Shown one piece after another: positions 38,188-47,140 of a DNA stretch of 64,000 nucleotides. Numbering within the stretch: position 1 is the stretch's first letter; the number at the start of each line of letters is the position of its first letter. This DNA comes from Alphaproteobacteria bacterium. Lineage in GTDB: Bacteria > Pseudomonadota > Alphaproteobacteria > GCA-2731375. The stretch is taken from the NCBI GenBank assembly GCA_965232515.1, contig CBDDPY010000002.1:3776001-3840000 (forward strand), given 5' to 3'. The notes beneath the pieces were generated by a model. It was given only the letters and a program-made list of their open reading frames with translations, was not told the origin of the DNA and ran no database searches. The translations under genes and the position numbers were made by a program.

Positions 38188-38912
38188 GGCTCGTCGCCCA
38201 TATAGCGCACGAAGTTGCGCATCTCGACGGCCACCGCGTCCTCGATCGGCAACGGCGCGCCTTCGCGCATCGTGTCCTTGATCACGGCGAGGCAGGGCCG
38301 GACCTTGTCGCGCAGTTGCGCCACCAGTTCCTCGACCGCTGCCTGCAGCTGGTCCCGCGGCACGGCGCGCAGGGCCAGGCCATAGTCGACCGCCTCGCGG
38401 CCGGTCAACCAGCGCGCGGTCCAGATCAGCTCCTTGGCGCGCTGCGCGCCGATGCGCCGCGGCAGGCGCTGGGTCGAGCCGCCGCCCGGCATCACGTGCA
38501 CATGACTATGGTTGTCGCCGATCTTCGCTTCCTCGGCGATCAGCATGATGTCGCAGGCGAGCGCGATCTCGAACCCGCCGGCGCGGGCGAAGCCGTTCAC
38601 GGCCGCGATCACCGGGATCGGCAAGCGTTCGATGTCGAACAGGATCGCGTTCAGCCGCTTGATGACGCCGCCGAAATAGTCGATGTCCTCGAAGGCTTTC
38701 TTCAGCAGCTCGAGGTCGAGGCCGACGCAGAATGCCTTGCCGCTGCCGGTCAGCACAGCCGCGTTCACCTGCGCGTCCCGCTTCAATTCCGCCATCACCG
38801 CCTCGAGCTCGGTCATGCGCTGCTCGGTGATGCTGTTCAGCTGGTCGGGCGTGTTGAAGGTGACATAGGCCACCTTCTGCTTCACCTCGTAGGTCAGGGT
38901 CTCGTAGCTCAT
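38139..38912 (-). CDS. Enoyl-CoA hydratase/isomerase family protein
   Basis: AFCVGLDL, AAVNGFARAGGFEIALACD, PGGGSTQRLPR. Start 38912 with GGAGA RBS. Confidence 0.9.
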   Translation of the reverse strand: MSYETLTYEVKQKVAYVTFNTPDQLNSITEQRMTELEAVMAELKRDAQVNAAVLTGSGKAFCVGLDLELLKKAFEDIDYFGGVIKRLNAILFDIERLPIPVIAAVNGFARAGGFEIALACDIMLIAEEAKIGDNHSHVHVMPGGGSTQRLPRRIGAQRAKELIWTARWLTGREAVDYGLALRAVPRDQLQAAVEELVAQLRDKVRPCLAVIKDTMREGAPLPIEDAVAVEMRNFVRYMGDEPYAREGFWESLKAAGS

Positions 38913-38916
38913 CGGA

Positions 38917-40494
38917 TCATTCTCCATTCGTCGTCAGACCGAGCGCGCCGGGATTGATGATCCCGTCCGGATCGAGCTGTCGCTTGATTGACCGGATCAG
39001 GGCCAAGGCCGGCGGCGCCAGGTCGCCACCATAGGGGTAGTACTTGCCAAGCTGGACCTGGCGCGCGCCGGCGTCGCGGAAGAGCTGTAACAGGTCGGCG
39101 CGCAGGCGATGGACCAGCGCCCGGGCCGCCGGGTTCGGTTCGGCGTCCTTGAGCTGGCGGATCTGCTCGGGCGTCGCCGCCCTGAGATGAAACGCGTTCA
39201 ACGCATCGGGCCAGAAGAACTGCGGTTCGATACAGACCAGATCGCCGCTGGTGCAGGTCAGCCGGCTGACCCGGATGCCGTGCGCCGCCATATCGGCCGC
39301 GTTCTCCGCGAGGAACCGTTCAAGCTCGCCATCGAAATCGACCAATCGGCTGCGGGGCAGCACGCCATGGACTGGCAGCCAGGCCTCACCGGCGGGACCC
39401 CGAAGCGCCTTGATCGGCCGGAACGGGCGCGCGCGGGTGACCCGCGGCAGGGCGTCCGGAATGGCCCGGCCGCCGTGGGCGCCGCAGACCGCCGCCGCTG
39501 CCCGGATCGACGCCGCCGCCGCGTCGTCGCTGCCGCCTTCGGCGACGAGGTGCAGCGAATGCGACAAGTCCCGCATATAGGCCTTGCCCGACCGCGCCAT
39601 TCGCGCGGCCGCGGTTGCGCCGCGCAACAGTCCACGCCCGGCGCGCAGGACGTCGGCGACCAGTGTCGCGCCCTCCAGCATCGAGAAGCCGCCGCGTTCG
39701 AGGTTGCGGTGGGTCTCCGGATCGAAGCCGAAGACGTCGGCCAGGCCCGGCACGTCGGTCAGCGCCAACTGCGCCGCCAGCAGCGCGGCGCCGGAATCGA
39801 AATCGAACGACGCGAACCCGGTCGCAGCTGGTTGCGGGATCAGTCGCAGCGTTGCCCGAACCTTGATCCCGAGCGCCCCGCAATCGCCGATAAACAGACC
39901 GGTCGCGTCAGGCCCGAATTGACGTCCCAGCGGGTCCGGCGTTTTGGCGCCGGTGGGCGACGTGGACAGCAAGGTGCCGTCGCCGGTGACCACATCGACA
40001 CCAAGCACGCTGTCGCCGGCGAACCCGTACATGGCCGAGCCGAAAAAGATCGCGTCCTGCGACAGGCTGCCGCCGACGGTCGCGACCGCGCCCGACAACG
40101 GTCCGAAATAGGGCGTGCGCAGGCCCTGTTCGGCAAGCGCGTCATAGAGCTTTCCCCAGGTGCAGCCGGCTTCGACGACGACGCGACGGTCAGCCGCGCT
40201 GATATCGACAATGCGGTCGAGGCGGCCCAGATCGAGCAAGATGCCGTCGGCCCGCGTCGGCAGGTACCCGCGCGTGTAGGACATGCCGCCGCCACGTGGA
40301 AAGACCGCGAGGCCGGCGGCCCGCGCCGCGCCGACCACGGCCACCACCTCCGCGACCGTGCCCGGCCGAACGACGGCCCGCGCCATTGCGTCGGCGGGAC
40401 CCGAGATGTCGTGGCAATAGAACGTCAGATCGTCCGCGCCGCGCAGCACGTTCGCAGTTCCGACGATGTTTTCGATCGACCCCAGATCCGCCAC
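38917..40494 (-). CDS. FAD-binding oxidoreductase (FAD_binding_4, GlcD/VAO-PCMH-like)
   Basis: VVRPGT, PRGGGMS, ATVGG, LDPDGIINPG. Confidence 0.85.
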   Translation of the reverse strand: MADLGSIENIVGTANVLRGADDLTFYCHDISGPADAMARAVVRPGTVAEVVAVVGAARAAGLAVFPRGGGMSYTRGYLPTRADGILLDLGRLDRIVDISAADRRVVVEAGCTWGKLYDALAEQGLRTPYFGPLSGAVATVGGSLSQDAIFFGSAMYGFAGDSVLGVDVVTGDGTLLSTSPTGAKTPDPLGRQFGPDATGLFIGDCGALGIKVRATLRLIPQPAATGFASFDFDSGAALLAAQLALTDVPGLADVFGFDPETHRNLERGGFSMLEGATLVADVLRAGRGLLRGATAAARMARSGKAYMRDLSHSLHLVAEGGSDDAAAASIRAAAAVCGAHGGRAIPDALPRVTRARPFRPIKALRGPAGEAWLPVHGVLPRSRLVDFDGELERFLAENAADMAAHGIRVSRLTCTSGDLVCIEPQFFWPDALNAFHLRAATPEQIRQLKDAEPNPAARALVHRLRADLLQLFRDAGARQVQLGKYYPYGGDLAPPALALIRSIKRQLDPDGIINPGALGLTTNGE

Positions 40495-40505
40495 GCCGGT
40501 CGCCG

Positions 40506-42188
40506 TCAGCGCTGTCCGGCGCGCAGTCGATCGGCGATCGCGCCGGCAATTTCATGGGCATGCGGCGGGCAGGCGGTCAGGTTGATGCCGCCGGTGTCCG
40601 CAAGAGCTGCCAGTGCTCGCCGGTGCGGATCACCATCATGGGCAATCAGCGATACGCGCGCCGCCGCGGCGGCGATATCGTCGACCGCATCATGCGCCAG
40701 ACAAGCGCGCGTCAGCGCGATGCCGGCCCGGCCACCGTGGACGATATCGGCGAAGCGTCGCTGCACCGCACCGGTATCGGCGTCCAGTTCCAAACGGCGG
40801 GCGCAATCGATCACACGGCGATACCACGGTTTATAAGTCATATCGTCGCGCGCCAGATGCCAGGCAGCGGCAAGATGACCGCCGTCCCACCGTGGCCTCA
40901 AATCGGGCAGGGCGGCCGACAGTTGCTCCGGATCATGCGCCGGGATCGCTGGATCGACCAGAATCAGACGATCGACGGTGAGGTCGTTCGCGCGCGCCAA
41001 AGCGGACGCCAGCCCCATGCTGGCGCCGAAGGCCACGACCGACCAGGGCCGGTCGGTGAGCCGCCGCGCGGTTGCGGCCAGGATCCGTGTCAGTTCCTCG
41101 ACCGTTGGCGTTTCGCGCAAGGCGTCGGACGGCCCGCAACCCGGCAGATCGACGGCAACCGAAAGACGTTCGTCCGCCAGCCGCTGGCCGACATCGGCCA
41201 TCTGCGCCGAGCCGCCGGGCAGGTCGTGCAACAGCAGAACCGGTTCCGCCGCCGGATCGCCGAACACCCGCGCGTGGATCGACAGCCCGTTCACCTGGAC
41301 GAAGCGTCGGTCCGATCCGGCTTGATCGAGGACGGGCATCGCCACTTGGCCGTTCGGCAGATGCCGTTCGAACGCTTCGGCGATCTTTTCGGCCCACCGA
41401 TCGCGATCGGCGGAGAGCCGCTCGACCGACACGGTGGGCGACAAGGCGCCGACACGATCAAGATGGCCGTAGAGCAGATCGTCTTCCCGGGCCGCCAGAA
41501 CCACCGGCGCCTTGGCGCGCGCGAGCGGCGGTCCGGCGTCATATCGGAACGCGGCGGCGTAGCCCACGCGATAGCCGTCGCCGGCGGCCAGAAAGTCGTC
41601 GACCACGGCCTGCATGACCTCGAGCGGCGGCGGCGACCGCTGCAGCCGTGAGGCCCGGCCCGGCCGGTTCCAGGGGAAATAGGTGAACTGGTCGCGCACC
41701 CGCGACCACAGCCAGGCGACGTGGGCCCCGCTCCAGTCCGGCCGCAGGGGCGGCAGGTAGCCGGCGAGATGCTCTTCCTGCTCGATCTCGGTGAACAGCG
41801 GATAACCGTCGAGGACGGCGACGGCCGTGCGTTCGGGAAACTGGTCGGCGAAAGCCATGACGATCTCGGCCCCGGTATGGGTGCCGTAGAGCGGCACCTT
41901 GTCGAGGCCGATCAGATCAAGGGTCTCGGCAAGGGCGACGGCGTAGTCGGCAATCTCGGGCCGCTCGATCGGCAGCGGATCCGACAGACCGTAGCCGGGC
42001 GTGTCCAGCGCCAGCACCGTGAACCGGGTGGCGAGGCGGGCGGCCAGCGGCATCAGGGCCGCGGACGAACGCGGCGACTCGTGCAGCAGCACAACCGGCG
42101 GTCCGACGCCGAGGCGACGGATCTGGACCTGCCTGCCACCGGCGCCGCGAACGACGACGCGCTCCACGCTGGCGGTGGCGGCGGACAT
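40506..42188 (-). CDS. Tandem two-domain alpha/beta hydrolase
   Basis: Two repeats: LLHESP..DTPGYGLSD and LLHDLP..DLPGCGPSD. Confidence 0.82.
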   Translation of the reverse strand: MSAATASVERVVVRGAGGRQVQIRRLGVGPPVVLLHESPRSSAALMPLAARLATRFTVLALDTPGYGLSDPLPIERPEIADYAVALAETLDLIGLDKVPLYGTHTGAEIVMAFADQFPERTAVAVLDGYPLFTEIEQEEHLAGYLPPLRPDWSGAHVAWLWSRVRDQFTYFPWNRPGRASRLQRSPPPLEVMQAVVDDFLAAGDGYRVGYAAAFRYDAGPPLARAKAPVVLAAREDDLLYGHLDRVGALSPTVSVERLSADRDRWAEKIAEAFERHLPNGQVAMPVLDQAGSDRRFVQVNGLSIHARVFGDPAAEPVLLLHDLPGGSAQMADVGQRLADERLSVAVDLPGCGPSDALRETPTVEELTRILAATARRLTDRPWSVVAFGASMGLASALARANDLTVDRLILVDPAIPAHDPEQLSAALPDLRPRWDGGHLAAAWHLARDDMTYKPWYRRVIDCARRLELDADTGAVQRRFADIVHGGRAGIALTRACLAHDAVDDIAAAAARVSLIAHDGDPHRRALAALADTGGINLTACPPHAHEIAGAIADRLRAGQR

Positions 42189-42194
42189 CGCCGT

Positions 42195-43757
42195 CTAGGC
42201 CTCGGCCGACCGCGACGGCGCGTCGCCCGTCGAGGGACGGTCGCGCAGCACGTTCTTCAGGATCTTGCCGGCCGGGTTGCGCGGCAGGGCATCGATGAAC
42301 TCGATGCTTTTCGGCACCTTGTGTCCGGCGACATGCGCGCGGCAATAGCCGATGATGTCGTCGTCCGAGACCTGGCGGCCGGATTCGGCGACGACGAAGG
42401 CCTTGACCGCCTCGCCCCAATAATCGTCGGGCATGCCGACGACGGCGACGTCGGTGACCGCCGCGTGCCGATGCAGCACTTCCTCGATCTCGCGCGGGTA
42501 GATGTTGACACCGCCGGAGATGATCATGTCCTTCTTGCGGTCGACGATGTAGAGGTAGCCTTCATCGTCCATGCGCGCCATGTCGCCGGCCGAGAACCAG
42601 CCATCTCGCATGGCCGCCTCGGTCTCCGCCGGCTTGTTCCAATAACCGTTGAACAGCGTCGGCGAATTGCTGAAGAGCTCGCCGACTTCGCCCACTGCGA
42701 CGGGCGCGCCGTCTTCGCCGAGCAGGCGCACATGCGTCGCCACGAACGGCAGGCCGACGCAGCGTTGCTTGCGGAGTTGATCGACCGGCCGCAGGTTGGT
42801 GACGACGCCGGCCTCGGTCGAGCCATAGGTTTCGTGCAGGATGCCATCGCCGAAATAGTCGACCACGCGTTCCTTCGTGGCCTGCGGCAGCGGCGCCGCG
42901 TTGCAGATGATGCCCTTCAGGGCGACGTCGCGGCGCGCCGCCAGCAGCTTTGGTTCCAGGTCGAACATGGAATGAAAGTGCGTTGGCACCGCGAACATGC
43001 CGGTGTGCCGCCGCTCATGCAGCCCGCGCAGGACCTGTTCCGGCTCAAAGCCGGTCATCAATTCGCATTGACCGCCGAAGAACAGGGCGTTCATGGCGAA
43101 CGAGAAGCCGGCGCCGTGGAACAATGGCGCGACGGCGAGGTAACGGTCGTCCGGCGAATAGATGCCGTATCCCGCCGCGTGACCGTAAAAGCCCATCACG
43201 CGGCTGCGATGCGAGAGCACGACGCCCTTCGGCTTGCCCGTGGTGCCGGACGTATAGGGGATGGCGAAGTTGTCCCATTCCTGCACCGGGATATCGGGCG
43301 GCCGGTCGGACGCGTTCGCGATCAAATCTTCCAGATCGTCGCCAACGGTGATGATCCGTTCCACCGCCGGCAGCGATGCCGACCGGACCAGCTCGTCGAA
43401 GGCCGAGTCGACGATCACCGCGCGCGCGCCGCAATCCTCGGCGATTGCCGCGATCTCTTCCACCGTCTGACGTGGATTGATGGTCGCGACGGCGACGCCG
43501 GCCGAGGCGAAACCGGCGACCACCTCGAAATACTCGATGCAGTTCTGCGCGATCAGCAGCACGTTGTCGCCGCGCGCCAGACCCAGCCCGGTCGCGGCAT
43601 GGGCAATTCGGTTGATGCGCTTGTCGAGGGCCGCGAAGCTGCGTTGCTGCGCGCCAAAGATCACGGCGACCTTGTCCGGCGTCCGCGCCGCCGACGCCCG
43701 GATCCCCGAGGCGATCGTCAGCGGCCGGTAGGTATCAGGCGGCGGCGTGAAAGCCAT
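42195..43757 (-). CDS. Acyl-CoA synthetase (AMP-forming)
   Basis: YTSGTTGKPKG, YGSTE, GD, DRKKDMIISGG, NPAGK. Confidence 0.93.
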   Translation of the reverse strand: MAFTPPPDTYRPLTIASGIRASAARTPDKVAVIFGAQQRSFAALDKRINRIAHAATGLGLARGDNVLLIAQNCIEYFEVVAGFASAGVAVATINPRQTVEEIAAIAEDCGARAVIVDSAFDELVRSASLPAVERIITVGDDLEDLIANASDRPPDIPVQEWDNFAIPYTSGTTGKPKGVVLSHRSRVMGFYGHAAGYGIYSPDDRYLAVAPLFHGAGFSFAMNALFFGGQCELMTGFEPEQVLRGLHERRHTGMFAVPTHFHSMFDLEPKLLAARRDVALKGIICNAAPLPQATKERVVDYFGDGILHETYGSTEAGVVTNLRPVDQLRKQRCVGLPFVATHVRLLGEDGAPVAVGEVGELFSNSPTLFNGYWNKPAETEAAMRDGWFSAGDMARMDDEGYLYIVDRKKDMIISGGVNIYPREIEEVLHRHAAVTDVAVVGMPDDYWGEAVKAFVVAESGRQVSDDDIIGYCRAHVAGHKVPKSIEFIDALPRNPAGKILKNVLRDRPSTGDAPSRSAEA

Positions 43758-43760
43758 TGC

Positions 43761-44657
43761 TCATTCCGCGGCGCGCTGCGGCCCGCCGAGCGTGGCGGCC
43801 AGCGTCGCCGGCAGCTTGAAGAGCCGCAGCGCGTTGTCCCGCATCAGCCGTTGTTTGGACTCCGGTTTCAGGTCGAGCTCGTCGACTTCCCGTACCGCGC
43901 GCTCCGGATCGATGACCGGCCAGTCGGTGCCGAACAGCACCTTCTCGCGGCCATAGCTGTTCAGGTAGTGCACCAGCGGCGCCGGCCAGTAGCGCGGCGC
44001 ATAGGCATCGGCGCCGATAAAGATATTCTCGTGCTTCCAGGCCATCGAGATCATCTCGTCGGTCCAGGGAATGCCGATATGGATGCCGATCAGCTTCAGC
44101 TCGGGGAAATCGATCGCCACCTGGTCGAGGCAGATCGGCCGGCCCACGCTCGGCAGGCGGCGCTCGCGCGAATAGACCAGGTTATGCCCGACCTGCATCA
44201 TGATCGGGATATCGAGTTCGCAGCACTTCGCATAGTAGGGATAGTATTTCGCATGGTCGGGGGCGAGCCCGAACCAGTGCGGATAGAGATGGGCGCCGAC
44301 GAAACTGAGCTGTGTCACGGCTTGTTCCAGATCGCGCAGACCCTGCATGCCGCGAAACGGATCGACGCCGGCCAGCCCACTGAACCGGTCGGGATGCTGT
44401 TGACAGACCTCGTGGACCCGCGCGTACGGAATTTCGAACGACCCTTTGACATTCAGGTCGCCGGCGCGCACCGCGATCAGCAGTGAATGGTCGATACCGG
44501 CCCGGTCCATCTTGCCGAGATAATCTTCGATCGACACGCCGTTGCGCATCTCGGGCGGCATGCGCACCTGGATCTTGAAATCATCGTCCAGGCCCGTTTG
44601 CTTCAGCCGGACCTCGGTTTCCGTGTAGAGATTGCAAACGATGTCGATGGCGCCCAT
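43761..44657 (-). CDS. Amidohydrolase_2 family protein (paralog B)
   Basis: FVGAHLYPHWF, YYAKCCELDIP, FPELKLIGIH, KVLFGTDWP. Confidence 0.85.
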   Translation of the reverse strand: MGAIDIVCNLYTETEVRLKQTGLDDDFKIQVRMPPEMRNGVSIEDYLGKMDRAGIDHSLLIAVRAGDLNVKGSFEIPYARVHEVCQQHPDRFSGLAGVDPFRGMQGLRDLEQAVTQLSFVGAHLYPHWFGLAPDHAKYYPYYAKCCELDIPIMMQVGHNLVYSRERRLPSVGRPICLDQVAIDFPELKLIGIHIGIPWTDEMISMAWKHENIFIGADAYAPRYWPAPLVHYLNSYGREKVLFGTDWPVIDPERAVREVDELDLKPESKQRLMRDNALRLFKLPATLAATLGGPQRAAE

Positions 44658-44796
44658 CTGGCCCGCTCTTCATGATTCCGAACTGGAACGGCCGGTTGAC
44701 GCGCCGGCCTATGCAAATGGCCAACGAGAGTTGGCTTATAAGAGTTTCACATACAGCGATGTTTTTGCCAATAGCGGCACAATGTGAAACGCCTGT

Positions 44797-45669
44797 CTAG
44801 TCGTCCGCCGGGACCGTCAAGCCCGCCCACGAGCTGCGGTGGCGCTCGCTGTCCGGCAACCGCCACATGATGTCCTGGATTTTTTGCGCTTCCTCGCGGA
44901 TGGTCTCCGCCACCTCGATGGCCCGATCCCGCTTCAGGCGCTCGGGAATGGCGGCCACCGTCATACAAGCAACCGGTCGGCCGCGTCGGTTGATCAACGG
45001 CACCGCCACCGCGTTGACCGCGATCCCGCCGCGTTCCGGGCCGACGCTGTAGTTGCGCTCGCGGGCCTTCGTCAGTTGCCGCTTTATCGACGCCCGATCC
45101 TGCCCCGGGAACACTTCTAGTCGCTCCCGATTGCGGTCCAGCAGGCGTTCGACCTCCTCGTCGGGAAGCGCCGCCAGGAAGGCAATACCCGTCGCGCCCG
45201 CCCCCAGCGGACGGCGCGAGCCGAGATCCATGGGCAAGGTCTGCACCGGATACGAACCGGTCTGGATGTCGACGCAGACCGCATCGTCGCCCGAACGGAC
45301 GCTGAGAAAGGCCGTGTCGCCGGTCGCTGTCGCGATCTTGCGCAATGATGTCCGGGCAACGTCCTGCAAATCCCATCGGTTCGATGCCGCCGCCGCCAGC
45401 GTGAAGAAGGCCATGCCGAGCTGGTAACGCTTTGTCGCCTCATCCTGCTCGACTAGACCGCCATCGACCAGCGTCGCCAGCAGGCGCCGCGTCGTGCCCC
45501 GGTCCAGGTCGGCCATATCGGCCAGGCGCGACAGTCTCTCGCCGTCGCTCGGCGCCACCGACAGGGCTTCCATCAGGGCGATCGCGCGCCGGACGGACTG
45601 CACGCCGCCTTGCCGGCGTTCGTTGGTCAACCGCTTCGGTTTGGCGCTCGCTAACGGGGTTCTCTTCAT
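44797..45669 (-). CDS. IclR family transcriptional regulator
   Basis: VQSVRRAIALM...TTRRLLATL...YQLG; GAGATG; start MKRTP at 45669. Confidence 0.9.
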   Translation of the reverse strand: MKRTPLASAKPKRLTNERRQGGVQSVRRAIALMEALSVAPSDGERLSRLADMADLDRGTTRRLLATLVDGGLVEQDEATKRYQLGMAFFTLAAAASNRWDLQDVARTSLRKIATATGDTAFLSVRSGDDAVCVDIQTGSYPVQTLPMDLGSRRPLGAGATGIAFLAALPDEEVERLLDRNRERLEVFPGQDRASIKRQLTKARERNYSVGPERGGIAVNAVAVPLINRRGRPVACMTVAAIPERLKRDRAIEVAETIREEAQKIQDIMWRLPDSERHRSSWAGLTVPADD

Positions 45670-45760
45670 GTCAGGTGTCTCGACTCCCGGTGCTGTCCGT
45701 CCAGGGAAGTATCGGCTCAACCTAACCGCCCGGCTGGCGCAAGGAAACCGAAACCGTCGG

Positions 45761-47113
45761 CTATCCTGACAGCTCCAGGGCCGCCAGCATGGCCTCACCG
45801 CCGGCGCCAGCCGGGGTGTCCGCACAGAGACGTTTGAACTTGTCCAGCAGAACGGCATCGTCGGTCACCGAAATGAAGCCACGCGGTTGATCGGTCTTTT
45901 CCGGTTCGATCAGCGGTCGCCGATGCGAGATCCGGTGGATCGCGCCGCTCGCGTCATGGACCGCCAGGTCGACGGCCATTTCAGCCGGATAGATCTCGTC
46001 ATACGCCGGTACGGTCCGGAACTCGATGAGGTCGATCAAGCTTCCGGTCTGGGGTGATTCAGCGCCGGGATGGAGATTTCCGAGACCGTAAGCGTTATGG
46101 GCCACGGCGCTCGCCAGCATCCAGCGCAGGCTCATCAGCCGGTCATAGAGCTCAAGCTCGGCCGATGGGCCTGGACCGACAAGGTTATAGGTGCGTTTCG
46201 CCGCGCCGACATCGATGTGTGTGACCGATTGCGGATCGATCGTGGTCTCCTGCAGCAGTGTCAGGGCCGATTCGAGCACCGGCTGCGCCGCGAAACAGGC
46301 AGGGATCAGTTTCAGGCAGATCGCATCGAGCGAACCGCCGTCCCAGGACTCGGGTGTCAATTGGTCCGGCTCGCCATGCAGAAAACGGACGAAGCCGGGT
46401 ATGAGCTCGCCTTCGAATGCATTTGGGCCGGGTTTCAGACCGGCTTGGGCCAGCCTCACGGCCTCGAGACCGGTCCGCGCCGCCAGGCCGCTGTGCAGCG
46501 GCACGACCGAGCCGTGATCGCGCAAAGACTGATAGAGCGCGATCGGCGCGTTAAAGGCCGCGATGCCAAGGGCCGCCGCCATCTCCGGCCGGTCGAGACC
46601 CGCAAGCCGGCCGGCCGCCGCCGCGGCGCCGACCGCGCCCATTGTCGCCGTCGGCGCGCTGCCGGCCAGCGGCTGCCGCGGATAGCCGCAGGCGGCCAGC
46701 CGGTTCGCCACCTCGTAACCGGCGGCGACCGCGGCAACGAACTCCTCGATGCCGGCATCATGCAGCTTCCAGCCGACCCAGGCCGCCGGAATGACGGCGG
46801 AGCTCGGATGGTTGCCGCCATAGGGATAGACGTCGTGCAGTTGCAGCAGCGACCCCAACGTGCCCATGGACAGCGCCGCGCTTTCCGGATCGAAGCGCCG
46901 CTCGACGCCGAACACGTCGATATCGCCGGGCCGGGTCAGGACATAAGCGGCGTCCGCCTCGGCAAACCGCGTCGCGGCGGCCGTACAGGCGAGGAAGTCG
47001 GCAATGCACCAGTTCAGCTTATGCCGCCGTTCGCCGCTCTGGTCCCGCCAGTTGAGCGAAAACACGAACTCGGCCATCCGTTCGGCCATGTGCAACGTCA
47101 ATGCCGCCTCCAT
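45761..47113 (-). CDS. MmgE/PrpD family protein
   Basis: HPSSAVIPA, AVAAGYEV, ALGIA, LKLIPAC, DKF motifs. Confidence 0.82.
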   Translation of the reverse strand: MEAALTLHMAERMAEFVFSLNWRDQSGERRHKLNWCIADFLACTAAATRFAEADAAYVLTRPGDIDVFGVERRFDPESAALSMGTLGSLLQLHDVYPYGGNHPSSAVIPAAWVGWKLHDAGIEEFVAAVAAGYEVANRLAACGYPRQPLAGSAPTATMGAVGAAAAAGRLAGLDRPEMAAALGIAAFNAPIALYQSLRDHGSVVPLHSGLAARTGLEAVRLAQAGLKPGPNAFEGELIPGFVRFLHGEPDQLTPESWDGGSLDAICLKLIPACFAAQPVLESALTLLQETTIDPQSVTHIDVGAAKRTYNLVGPGPSAELELYDRLMSLRWMLASAVAHNAYGLGNLHPGAESPQTGSLIDLIEFRTVPAYDEIYPAEMAVDLAVHDASGAIHRISHRRPLIEPEKTDQPRGFISVTDDAVLLDKFKRLCADTPAGAGGEAMLAALELSG

Positions 47114-47140
47114 TCCGTTGTGCCGGCCGGCCTGCGCCGA

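Noticed and set aside
41721-44486. 921-aa plus-strand ORF and other long antisense ORFs (3153-5396, 12550-14505, 31711-33636, 53207-55315)
   Set aside because: Typical high-GC antisense open frames opposite well-supported genes, with no recognisable motifs.
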